A DNA stretch of 64,000 nt from Candidatus Niyogibacteria bacterium CG10_big_fil_rev_8_21_14_0_10_46_36 (GTDB lineage Bacteria; Patescibacteriota; Minisyncoccia; 1-14-0-10-42-19), in assembly GCA_002772995.1 (NCBI GenBank), contig PFCO01000005.1:17001-81000 (forward strand), given 5' to 3'. Numbering within the stretch: the first letter of the stretch is position 1; every line of letters starts with the position of its first letter. The notes beneath the pieces are model-generated. The model searched no databases. It saw only the letters and a list, made by a program, of their open reading frames with translations, and was not told the DNA's origin. A program made the position numbers and the translations under genes. Positions 1 to 8,357 of this stretch are shown here, piece after piece.

Positions 1-333
1 CGTTAAATAATCTATCTGACCTCCGGCGATAGCGCGCTTCAGAGTATCCAACGGCGCAATGCTCAAAATACCCAGTGCTGATTTCGGACCGATGCCCGAA
101 ATAGAATTTAATACTTCAAAAAATTCCATCTCTGCAATGGTAGAAAACCCATAAAGTTCAATATCATTTTCCCGCTGGTATAGCGACGTGTATATTTTCG
201 TTTTTTGCCCCAAAGCAGGGGTGTGTTTAAGCGTTTCCGAGCCCACACGCACCCGATATCCGACACCGCCCGCCTCTACCACCACATAGGAAAGAGTTTT
301 TAGCTGAAGAATGCCTTCAATAGAAAAAATCAT
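1..333 (-). CDS. ruvA: Holliday junction branch migration protein RuvA (partial, runs off window start)
   Basis: Manual translation from ATG at 333: MIFSIEGIL...VVVEAGGVGYRV...ELYGF...FFEVLNSISGIGPKSALGILS, with typical RuvA OB and HhH motifs; not in the ORF track. Confidence 0.92.
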   Translation of the reverse strand, partial: MIFSIEGILQLKTLSYVVVEAGGVGYRVRVGSETLKHTPALGQKTKIYTSLYQRENDIELYGFSTIAEMEFFEVLNSISGIGPKSALGILSIAPLDTLKRAIAGGQIDYLT

Positions 334-390
334 GTTTTTATTATAGCACCTCCACATGCGCACGCTTCAAGATACGCAAAAGAAGAACTC

Positions 391-419
391 TTGACTTATC
401 TCTAATAAACGATTATAAT
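391..419 (+). promoter_or_regulatory. sigma70-type promoter for the Lon-like gene
   Basis: TTGACT-17 nt-TATAAT. Confidence 0.75.
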
Positions 420-484
420 AAAGCAAAATTTACATAGCTCCAGAGATCCCCAATAAGGCGATTTTTAGGATACTGTAAGAAAGG

Positions 485-599
485 AAAGGGCAAGTTAGGC
501 TGTCTAACCCATTCTATCCCTACGCAGATATGGCATTGTAAGCGACTTCCGCTTTTTTGCCGTATCGGGATACCGGTTGGAATCTAACTTGCCCTTTTT
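485..599 (+). ncRNA. Candidate structured leader or ncRNA (long nested hairpin ending in a U-run)
   Basis: AAAGGGCAAGTTAG (485-498) pairs with CTAACTTGCCCTTT (584-597); inner stems TCTAACC/GGTTGGA, TATCCC/GGGATA, GATATGGCA/TGCCGTATC, AAGCG/CGCTT. Confidence 0.5.
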
Positions 600-648
600 G
601 CTAGGGCGTTGAACTTTGAAAAAAAAATATATACATGGAGGAATTATA

Positions 649-3255
649 ATGAAAAACCGAGGCACGACATCTACTATGGCGGAACAGAAGCGAACGCGGT
701 ACAAAGACCTTCTGTCCAGAAATAAGAAGATAATTATCACGCCCGAAGAAATGAATCGGATAAAATCCGAGGAATGGTTGGGGCAAAAAAGCGCTCTGGG
801 GCAGCTGGAAAGATATCTTTCCATAGAAAGTCCACGCCACAACATCGCAGCAATAGGAGGCCACGGCACCGGACGCATGAAAACAATCCGCGAAGCGCTG
901 AAGAAATACACTCAAACGGAAGCAGCCCTTGAAGATCTCATAGCCCTGCATAACCCCAATGAACCGGAGTGCCCCATCTGTATATGGGTTCCCGCTGGGT
1001 TTGGGAAAAAGCTCAGAGAAGCTCTTGGAGAGGTAACGAAAAATCTAAAGGATGCCTTAGCACTCGTAGACATCAATCTTCACAAACACCCAGAAAAGAA
1101 GAAGGCAGAAGCGGAATCGCGAATGAAGATGGACAGCTTTGAAAAAAGCTACGAGGAAAGAGTGTACGGCTCCGGCCTTTGCCTGATTATGCGAATGCAG
1201 TCGGGCAGGGACGAAAAACGCTATACACCGGAAGCCGACGGAAAAAACGAATACAAAACCGTGCGGGCAACTGCAGGTCCGACTATAAATATCTTCGGGT
1301 TTAGTATAGCTAAGCTTGTTACCGCAACAGACCAGAAACAGTACTACATCTTCACCGACCAGCTCGACCAGTACAAGGGAGAGAAGCTGATTGATGCGGA
1401 AACTGCGGAAAACATTTACGCGGAGATTATGAACATTGCGGAATGGAGAGATGCTGAATCCGAAAACGAACACAAAGCAGTAGAGTCAAGGAAGGAGGAC
1501 ATACGGAAATCTCTCGAAAACGAGGCGATTAATACATCGTTTGCTCCTCTTGATGCGTTGATATCGGATGAAAAAAACATCTCCCCAGAAACAAAAGCCA
1601 TTCTTGCTTCATACGAAACAGGCATAAAAAAAATGGCAGGGGAATATGCATCCCTCTTTAGTATACCGATAGCAAAGATAGACCCCATTTCGGGACAAAG
1701 CTTTGCTCCAACGATATCACAGCAAGACCCTGAGAAAAAAGAAGAGGTCATGCGGCGCATGCAGGTTAACACACTTGTTGATAACGGCGGAGTAAACACG
1801 CGGCCGGTCATCGTAGAAAAGGACATTGACCGGGGAAATATGTTCGGACGCATCCACAGAAAAGCAATGCGGGGCGTATACACATCCGACCATATGTCTC
1901 TAAAGGCAGGCTCAATCTTGCGGGCGCATAACGGATTTTTGATTCTCGACTTTGATGATATTATGTCTAACTTCATAAAGTCATATGACGGTGCGGCCAC
2001 ATTCATGCAGCTCTTAGAGTCTCTCAGCGAACAGAAGCTCGAAATAAAAAACTTTGACCCGTACGGACTCGGACCGACACAGGTTCAGACGCCGAAAATC
2101 AAGTTCAAGGTGAAGGTAATCCTGCTCCTCGGGTATTACACATACACGGGCCTTGCAGAGAGCGAAACATTCCGTAATGCGTTTAAGGCGCGCGTAGAGT
2201 TTGATGTTTCAGCAGAAAATACCAAAGAAACGATAGAACAGTTCATCGCTTTTACGCACAAAATTACGGAGGACGAGGGCCTGCGCCCCGTCTCAGAAGA
2301 CGGGATGACGGAACTCCTCGGTTTCTCGAAAAGGCTGTGTCATGTCGGCGGGAAGTTTTCTCTCAACTATGGGACACTCGCTGATGTCATACGGGAAGCA
2401 CATTATGTAAGCGACTCGGATGCAATCACCGGCACTCATATAGAGGAAGCCATTGCGCACAAGAAGAAAAGCTTGATTGCCGAAAAAGAACTTGAGGCAA
2501 GAAAGCGCTTGGACATCATCATTCGCACCGACGGAGAGCCGCGCATCGGAGAAATGACTGGGCTTGGGGTGATAAATTTCGGAGGCGTGCGCTTCGGTAT
2601 TACGAGCCGCGCAACCGCAAATGTATCTCCGGGAACAGGGTCATTCAAGGTGAGCGACGTAGATACTGAAGTAAAACTAGCCGGTCAGATATATCAAAAA
2701 GCTATCGGCATAATTTCTTCATATCTAAAATCAAAATTCGGGGAAGGTGCAGAAAAAGTGGATGCGCAGTTCGTTATGGAGCAGTCGTATTCCGGAGTTG
2801 ACGGCGACAGCGCATCAGCTCTTACCTTCTGCACGCTTATATCCGAACTCGGCCAGATCCCGATACCGCAATGCTTTGCCATCACTGGTTCAATGTCTAT
2901 GAAAGGAGACATGGAACCTATAGGCGGGGTGAATGAGAAGGTGGAAGGATACTTTGACATCTGCAGAGAACACGGATATCCATGTTCGCATGGCATAATT
3001 ATCCCCGAGCAGAATGTAAAAGATCTCAGCTTGCGCAAAGATGTTCTGAAAGCGATACAGGAAGATACATTCCACATATATCCAGTCACTAAAATCGAAG
3101 AAGCCGTAGAGATATTAATGGGCATTCCGGCAGGAGAAAAGAAAATCCAGAAAAAAATCGGCATTGACGGACCGAAGGTCATCGAATACTACGAAGACCA
3201 CACCGCATACGGAAAAGTCCAGGAACGGCTCAAAAGCTGGAAAACAAAAAAATAA
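649..3255 (+). CDS. Lon-family protease (LonC/YcbZ-like AAA plus Lon_C domain)
   Basis: EQSYSGVDGDSAS catalytic Ser motif, AITGS...PIGGVNEKVEG Lys motif, GSILRAHNGFLIL; GGAGG at 637-641 supports ATG 649. Confidence 0.88.
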   Translation: MKNRGTTSTMAEQKRTRYKDLLSRNKKIIITPEEMNRIKSEEWLGQKSALGQLERYLSIESPRHNIAAIGGHGTGRMKTIREALKKYTQTEAALEDLIALHNPNEPECPICIWVPAGFGKKLREALGEVTKNLKDALALVDINLHKHPEKKKAEAESRMKMDSFEKSYEERVYGSGLCLIMRMQSGRDEKRYTPEADGKNEYKTVRATAGPTINIFGFSIAKLVTATDQKQYYIFTDQLDQYKGEKLIDAETAENIYAEIMNIAEWRDAESENEHKAVESRKEDIRKSLENEAINTSFAPLDALISDEKNISPETKAILASYETGIKKMAGEYASLFSIPIAKIDPISGQSFAPTISQQDPEKKEEVMRRMQVNTLVDNGGVNTRPVIVEKDIDRGNMFGRIHRKAMRGVYTSDHMSLKAGSILRAHNGFLILDFDDIMSNFIKSYDGAATFMQLLESLSEQKLEIKNFDPYGLGPTQVQTPKIKFKVKVILLLGYYTYTGLAESETFRNAFKARVEFDVSAENTKETIEQFIAFTHKITEDEGLRPVSEDGMTELLGFSKRLCHVGGKFSLNYGTLADVIREAHYVSDSDAITGTHIEEAIAHKKKSLIAEKELEARKRLDIIIRTDGEPRIGEMTGLGVINFGGVRFGITSRATANVSPGTGSFKVSDVDTEVKLAGQIYQKAIGIISSYLKSKFGEGAEKVDAQFVMEQSYSGVDGDSASALTFCTLISELGQIPIPQCFAITGSMSMKGDMEPIGGVNEKVEGYFDICREHGYPCSHGIIIPEQNVKDLSLRKDVLKAIQEDTFHIYPVTKIEEAVEILMGIPAGEKKIQKKIGIDGPKVIEYYEDHTAYGKVQERLKSWKTKK

Positions 3256-3274
3256 ACATATTCTCATATAGTTT

Positions 3275-3304
3275 AAAAGGCTCACCTTACCGTGAGCCTT
3301 TTTT
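3275..3304. terminator. Bidirectional intrinsic terminator
   Basis: AAAAGGCTCAC-CTTACC-GTGAGCCTTTT between convergent genes. Confidence 0.8.
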
Positions 3305-4550
3305 ATTTTCCCCGTACGAACTTTTTGAATGCTTCTCCGCGCTCGCGCGCGTTTTGAAACTGATCAAAGCTTGCACATGCCGGCGAGAAAAGAACAATAT
3401 CTCCCTCCTTTGCAAAAGTTATTGCTCTCTTAAACGCATCCTCCAGCGTTTTTGTTTTTATAATATTGTTTTTCTTTTTGAATGCACGTGCTATTTCATT
3501 TCTGCTCTTGCCAAAAAGGATAATGTTGTTTGTGCGCTTCCCCGCTTCGCGAGCAAATGCTGCAAAGGATGATTTCTTGCTCATGCCTCCTGCGATCAAT
3601 ATGATCTTTTGGTCAAAGCTTTTCAGTGCCGCAATCGTTGAATCGGGCGTTGTTGAATATGAATCGTCATAGAATGCAACTTCCTTTTTTCTTCCAACAT
3701 ATTCCAGACGATGCGGGAGCCCCCGGAAACCGTATATTGCTTTTTGTACATGCACGCGCTGTATGTGTATTTTTTTTGAAATAGCAAGCGCAAGCGCGAT
3801 GTTCTTCTTGTTGTGTTCGCCGCGAATATGTATGCGCCCTTCATCTACCCAGCGCGGCAATACGCTTCGCATGTTCCTTCCATCAATTTTTGCATGCGCC
3901 CGATACCCGAAAAGAGAGAGCTTTGATTTCTTATACCGCAAAAAAGAATCATACCGGTCAAGATGGTCAGGATATATATTAGTGAGCGCAGAAACAAAGA
4001 ATTGCGGCCTCATCTTTCCCAAACGAAGAAGGTCTAACTGAAAACTCGAAACCTCAAGCACAACAAATGTGCTTTTTTTGATGTGCGGGAGCTGATCCAA
4101 AAGTGACACACCAATATTTCCCCCCAAGAACACGTCCTTTTTTGCTTGTTTGAGCATTCGGTAGACAAGCGTCGCCGTAGTCCCCTTTCCTTTTGTGCCG
4201 GTGATTGCGATAATCTTCCCCTCACAATGCTTGAGAAAAAGCCCTATCTCACTTTCAACCGGAATGCGTGCCGTCGCTATCTTTTTTATCATGCGAGAAC
4301 GCAAATCAATTGCAGGGTTTATAATTGCCATATCAAATTCCTGAAAACGAGAAGGATACCCCCCAAATATATAAGAAATGCGGGGGTATCTGTGGAGCTT
4401 ACGGATTGATTGCTTAAGCTCTTTTTTTGTTTTCGCGTCGCTGATGGTTACTTCCGCGCCGCGGCTCGCAAGAAACCGCGCAGCTCCTATCCCCCCGCCC
4501 GATACGCCAAGCCCCAATACAAGAATGCGCTTCCCCTTGTATGTATTCAT
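3303..4550 (-). CDS. murD: UDP-N-acetylmuramoyl-L-alanine--D-glutamate ligase
   Basis: ILVLGLGVSG, AITGTKGKGTT, LEVSSFQL, PDHLDRY, LPHRLE, LFSPACASFDQF..ERGEAF; start set at MNTYKGK. Confidence 0.93.
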   Translation of the reverse strand: MNTYKGKRILVLGLGVSGGGIGAARFLASRGAEVTISDAKTKKELKQSIRKLHRYPRISYIFGGYPSRFQEFDMAIINPAIDLRSRMIKKIATARIPVESEIGLFLKHCEGKIIAITGTKGKGTTATLVYRMLKQAKKDVFLGGNIGVSLLDQLPHIKKSTFVVLEVSSFQLDLLRLGKMRPQFFVSALTNIYPDHLDRYDSFLRYKKSKLSLFGYRAHAKIDGRNMRSVLPRWVDEGRIHIRGEHNKKNIALALAISKKIHIQRVHVQKAIYGFRGLPHRLEYVGRKKEVAFYDDSYSTTPDSTIAALKSFDQKIILIAGGMSKKSSFAAFAREAGKRTNNIILFGKSRNEIARAFKKKNNIIKTKTLEDAFKRAITFAKEGDIVLFSPACASFDQFQNARERGEAFKKFVRGK

Positions 4551-4630
4551 TACTATTACAGTACTCTCTTTCCAGGCATTGAAAAAGTACGAAAAAAATT
4601 GTACTTTATAAAGTATTGCCGCAAAGGAGA

Positions 4631-4717
4631 GGAAGCGTGCCGGAGTGGTTGAACGGGCCGCTCTCGAAAAGCGGTATGTCCGCAAGGGCATCGGAGGTTC
4701 GAATCCTCCCGCTTCCG
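4631..4717 (+). tRNA. tRNA-Ser(CGA)
   Basis: GGAAGCG/CGCTTCC acceptor stem, CCGCT-CT-CGA-AA-AGCGG anticodon arm, long variable arm, GGAGG-TTCGAAT-CCTCC, G73. Confidence 0.95.
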
Positions 4718-4736
4718 TTTAATCACAATCATTAAA

Positions 4737-4838
4737 GAGGATTCGAAAGCCGGAAAAAATTGTCCGTTGGACAATGTTTGAGGCGGGGTCGCGACTTTCG
4801 CGAAGCGAAAAGTTGTGACCGCATCCTCCCGCTGCCGC
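4737..4838 (+). mobile_element. tRNA-associated palindromic mini-element ending in a duplicate of the tRNA-Ser 3' end
   Basis: GAGGATTCGAA, two hairpins (4759-4775, 4787-4820), then ATCCTCCCGCTGCCG, a 14/15 match to the tRNA end ATCCTCCCGCTTCCG. Confidence 0.6.
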
Positions 4839-4867
4839 AACCGTATACTCGTGCGCCCATTCTCAAT

Positions 4868-5329
4868 ATGCAAATTGACCAGACAACAATATTTATCGCA
4901 ATAGCAGGTATCACCGTACTTGTTGCCATATGGATTATTTGGATAGAGGTCCGGCTCAAACGGATTTTCCGCGGGCGCAGGACGAAGGATCTAGAGTCTC
5001 TCCTTACTGACATAGCAGAAGACATCTCCGCTATCCAAAAACAGCTCCGGGAAGACGGCACCCATATAGCAACGCTTGAGAAAGAACTGGAACAAAGCGC
5101 ACGCCACGTAGGCATGGTTCGTTTTAACGCATTCAATGAAGCGGGGGGCGACCAAAGCTTTGCAGTTACATTATTAAACGACAAAAAAGACGGTATTGTC
5201 ATCTCAAGCCTGCACAACAGAGAAACAAACCGGGTGTACGCAAAACCAATAGAGCAAGCGGCATCAGCCTACCATCTTTCCGAAGAAGAGAAAGAAGCAA
5301 TTAGACGCGCGGTAACGCGCGGATCATGA
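4868..5329 (+). CDS. DUF4446-like membrane-anchored protein
   Basis: N-terminal TM, coiled coil, VGMVRFNAF..GGDQSFAVTLL...YAKPI...LSEEEKEAI. Confidence 0.75.
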   Translation: MQIDQTTIFIAIAGITVLVAIWIIWIEVRLKRIFRGRRTKDLESLLTDIAEDISAIQKQLREDGTHIATLEKELEQSARHVGMVRFNAFNEAGGDQSFAVTLLNDKKDGIVISSLHNRETNRVYAKPIEQAASAYHLSEEEKEAIRRAVTRGS

Positions 5330-5414
5330 TACAGGAACCAAGAATTATGACCGTATACCGCAGGTAATACGCCGACGCAATATAGTGTGTAATTCTTGGT
5401 TCCTGAAACATGAT
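5323..5414. repeat. 26-bp imperfect inverted repeat built from 7-bp units
   Basis: ATCATGA-TACAGGA-ACCAAGA-ATTAT versus GTAATTCTTGGTTCCTGAAACATGAT. Confidence 0.7.
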
Positions 5415-5431
5415 TCAGGATTTTTATTTAT

Positions 5432-6973
5432 ATGGAGAACAATACCAACAAACAACATACACGACCCCCCATTATAGTAGTCATGGGGCATATTGATCAT
5501 GGGAAAACAAAGCTGCTTGATACTATACGCAAGGAAAATGTGATTGATAAAGAATCAGGCGGCATCACCCAGCACATCGGTGCATATGAAGCGGAGGTAG
5601 AAACTGCCGCAGGAGAGAAAAAGCATATTACCTTTTTAGACACTCCAGGCCATGGCGCTTTTTCAAACATGCGCCGGCGGGGAGCGCATGTCGCGGACAT
5701 AGCAATACTCGTTGTTGCAGCAGATGACGGAGTAAAACCGCAAACCCTTGAGGCTCTCGAAGCAATTAAAACAGCCGGCATCCCGTTTGTCGTCGCGATA
5801 AACAAAATAGACAAAGCAGGAGCTGACCCAGACCGCGTAAAAAAAGAACTCTCCGAAAAAGAAGTCTTTGTAGAAGACTGGGGAGGGAAAGTACCGGCCA
5901 TTCCCATATCAGCAAAAGAAGGGACCGGCATCCAGGATCTTCTTGAAATGTTGCTGCTTGTAGCAGAGATTGAAAACCTCACAGCAGATGCAAACGCGCC
6001 CGCGGAGGGGGTTATCATAGAATCTCATCTTGAACCGAAGCGTGGAAATACTGCAACGCTTCTCGTAACGAAAGGGATTCTGAAGCACGGGGACTTTGTG
6101 ATTGCGGGCAACGCATACTCCCCGGTACGCATATTCGAGAATTTTCGGGGGCAACCCATACAGAAAGCGCCTCCCTCAACGCCCGTACGCATTACCGGAT
6201 TCAATACAATCCCGGAAGTAGGAGTTGAGTTTAAAACCGCCCATACAAAAAAAGAGGCGGAATCAATAATATCAAAACAACCGGAGCAAAAACGATCATC
6301 TTCCCCTGCTGTGGCGCCCACCACAGAAACAACCGAGGAGGCGGGACCTCATACTGCCTACCTTGTTGTTAAGGCTGATGCTACCGGCTCACTTGAAGCA
6401 ATAGAAGGAGAACTAAAAAAATTAGAAAATGAGAATCTCATTATAAAAATAATGAAAAAAGGCGTAGGATCCATCAATGAAGATGATGCAAAAGTTGCCG
6501 GGGCAACCATGGGGAGCGCGATCGTCGGGTTTCATGTGCGAGTGGAAAAAGAAGCCATTCCGACTGCAGAACGCTTTGGGGTTGCTATCAAAACATTCAC
6601 GATTATCTACGAACTGCTTGAGTGGGTGCAAGCGCACATAGAAGAAGCCGCGCCCCAAGAAACAAAAGAAGAGGTGGTGGGAGAAGCGCAAATCCTGAAA
6701 ATCTTCTCCAACAAAGGCTCAAAGCAGATTGTCGGAGGGAAGGTCATTTCGGGAGTTATCAAAAATAAAAGCAAAATACATATTGTGCGGCGAGATAATG
6801 TTATTGCGCAGGGGCGCATAGTTGAATTGCAACATGGAAAGACAGAGGCACAGGAGGTGTCCGAAGGAAATGAATTTGGTATACGCATAGACAGCCCTAC
6901 CGAAATTGTCCCGAGAGATGTCATTCAATCGCTTGAGGAGCGTACGGGGAAGCGTTCCGTATCCGCATCATAA
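5432..6973 (+). CDS. infB: Translation initiation factor IF-2 (short, lacking N-terminal extension)
   Basis: RPPIIVVMGHIDHGKT, GGITQHIGAY, FLDTPGH, INKID. Confidence 0.96.
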   Translation: MENNTNKQHTRPPIIVVMGHIDHGKTKLLDTIRKENVIDKESGGITQHIGAYEAEVETAAGEKKHITFLDTPGHGAFSNMRRRGAHVADIAILVVAADDGVKPQTLEALEAIKTAGIPFVVAINKIDKAGADPDRVKKELSEKEVFVEDWGGKVPAIPISAKEGTGIQDLLEMLLLVAEIENLTADANAPAEGVIIESHLEPKRGNTATLLVTKGILKHGDFVIAGNAYSPVRIFENFRGQPIQKAPPSTPVRITGFNTIPEVGVEFKTAHTKKEAESIISKQPEQKRSSSPAVAPTTETTEEAGPHTAYLVVKADATGSLEAIEGELKKLENENLIIKIMKKGVGSINEDDAKVAGATMGSAIVGFHVRVEKEAIPTAERFGVAIKTFTIIYELLEWVQAHIEEAAPQETKEEVVGEAQILKIFSNKGSKQIVGGKVISGVIKNKSKIHIVRRDNVIAQGRIVELQHGKTEAQEVSEGNEFGIRIDSPTEIVPRDVIQSLEERTGKRSVSAS

Positions 6974-6976
6974 TCC

Positions 6977-7315
6977 ATGAGCTTTCGAAAAGAAAAGCTG
7001 GCATCCCTTCTTTCCCGCATCATACCGGAATTTATATTTTCGCATCTTCGTTATGAAGACGCGCGAGTTACTGTCACCCGGATAGACCTTTCTTCGAACT
7101 TCCAAAAGGCGGTGATTTTTGTTACGATTGACCCAAAAGACAAATCGGAAGAAGCGCTCAATGAGCTCAAAAAAATCCTCTCTTCATTAAGAAAAGAGGT
7201 TGGCAAGAATCTCTCTATGAAGTTTTTGCCGATGTTTGAATTTGAGATTGACGCGGAAGAAGAACACAGGATGCATATTGAAGCGCTTATTGAAAAAATA
7301 AAAAAAGAAAAATAA
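6977..7315 (+). CDS. rbfA: Ribosome-binding factor A
   Basis: Follows infB; VTVTRIDLS...AVIFV...LPMFEFEID pattern. Confidence 0.85.
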   Translation: MSFRKEKLASLLSRIIPEFIFSHLRYEDARVTVTRIDLSSNFQKAVIFVTIDPKDKSEEALNELKKILSSLRKEVGKNLSMKFLPMFEFEIDAEEEHRMHIEALIEKIKKEK

Positions 7316-7316
7316 C

Positions 7317-7550
7317 GGCGCAGTGGCGAAGTGGAAACGCTGGAGTCTGTCCCGACGCACTATTATAAATATATAATAATAATGAAGCCGGGGTTCTCAA
7401 TAATCAAAATTTGTAGTGGCCCGATAGCCAAGTGGTAAGGCATGGGTCTGCAAAACCCTTATACGCGGGTTCGATTCCCGCTCGGGCCTTCAAAAATTTT
7501 GATTACCGGAACAAAACTCCCATGCGGGGGTTCGATTCCCCCCTGCGCCC
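7317..7550 (+). tRNA. Interrupted tRNA-Cys(GCA): 5' half 7317-7349, 3' half 7512-7550
   Basis: GGCGCAG/CTGCGCC acceptor, GCG/CGC D-stem, GGAGT-CTG|CAAA-ACTCC anticodon arm, GGGGG-TTCGATT-CCCCC; 162-bp insert at 7350-7511. Confidence 0.85.
7418..7489 (+). tRNA. tRNA-Cys(GCA), intact, nested inside the interrupted tRNA-Cys
   Basis: GGCCCGA/TCGGGCC acceptor, GGGT-CT-GCA-AA-ACCC, GCGGG-TTCGATT-CCCGC, U73. Confidence 0.93.
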
Positions 7551-7579
7551 CAGCCGGGCATTATAACGACACGACACAT

Positions 7580-7661
7580 GCCCAGGTGGCGGAACCGGTA
7601 TACGCAGCGGACTTAAAATCCGTGGCCGAAAGGCCTGTGGGTTCGACTCCCACCCTGGGCA
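7580..7661 (+). tRNA. tRNA-Leu(TAA)
   Basis: GCCCAGG/CCTGGGC, GCGGA-CT-TAA-AA-TCCGT, variable arm GGCC-GAAA-GGCC, A73. Confidence 0.95.
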
Positions 7662-7706
7662 TAATTGCTGGTGCGTACATTTTTTGATAAGGTAATATAA
7701 CTGCCT

Positions 7707-7793
7707 GGGCAGGTGGCGGAATTGGCAGACGCGCTAGCCTTAGGAGCTGGTGGGAGAAATCCCGTGGGAGTTCAACTCTCCCCCTGCCCACCA
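7707..7793 (+). tRNA. tRNA-Leu(TAG)
   Basis: GGGCAGG/CCTGCCC, CTAGC-CT-TAG-GA-GCTGG, variable arm, encoded ACCA. Confidence 0.95.
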
Positions 7794-7810
7794 AAAATAT
7801 GCGTTGTTTT

Positions 7811-7881
7811 GCGGATATCGTTTAGTGGCAGGACACCTCGTTGCCAACGAGGAAGTGCGAGTTCGATTCTCGCTATCCGCA
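7811..7881 (+). tRNA. tRNA-Gly(GCC)
   Basis: GCGGATA/TATCCGC, CCTCG-TT-GCC-AA-CGAGG, GCGAG-TTCGATT-CTCGC. Confidence 0.93.
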
Positions 7882-7925
7882 CATATTCTATTAATTTTTC
7901 TCATCTATTGATACAATAAAAAGAT

Positions 7926-8357
7926 ATGAGCGACGAACAAAACGCCGTACCAGTGCCCTCTCCCGAGCAAAACCAGAACATAAAACTAGTTTTGGTGGTG
8001 GAAGACGACAAGTTTATGCGGAATCTCCTCGTGAATAAACTGCAAAAAGAGGGCTTTCAAACAGAAGGAGTATCTTCAGGAGAAGAAGCTCTTGAATTCA
8101 CAAAAACAAAAGCGCCAAGCCTTTTGCTCCTTGATCTTATCCTTCCGAACATAGACGGCTTTGAAGTTGTACAACAATTAAAACAGGACCCCCGTCTTGT
8201 AAATATCCCCGTGCTCATCCTTTCGAACCTTGGAGAAAAAAAGGACATTGAAAAAGCGCAAGAATTAGGCGTGTCCGGTTTTCTTATCAAAGCAAACTTT
8301 ACGCCTTCGGAAATAGTAAAAAAAGTGCAAGAACTCCTCAGCAAAAAATACATATGA
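7926..8357 (+). CDS. Single-domain response regulator (CheY-like receiver)
   Basis: VLVVEDD, LLLDLILP..DG, ILSN, FLIKA. Confidence 0.9.
   Translation: MSDEQNAVPVPSPEQNQNIKLVLVVEDDKFMRNLLVNKLQKEGFQTEGVSSGEEALEFTKTKAPSLLLLDLILPNIDGFEVVQQLKQDPRLVNIPVLILSNLGEKKDIEKAQELGVSGFLIKANFTPSEIVKKVQELLSKKYI

Noticed and set aside
485..599. SRP RNA or 6S RNA identity for the hairpin
   Set aside because: No SRP helix-8 motif and no clear 6S central bubble; left as unassigned
4551..4867. N-terminal extensions of murD and the DUF4446-like gene, and ORF 4556-4873
   Set aside because: They run through tRNA-Ser and the hairpin element; downstream ATGs match family starts
7350..7511. Group I or group II intron in tRNA-Cys
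   Set aside because: Too short once the nested tRNA is subtracted; no recognisable catalytic core, no terminal G and no GUGYG start
7442..7919. Short ORFs 7442-7687, 7561-7794 and 7713-7919
   Set aside because: They overlap tRNA genes and are translation artefacts
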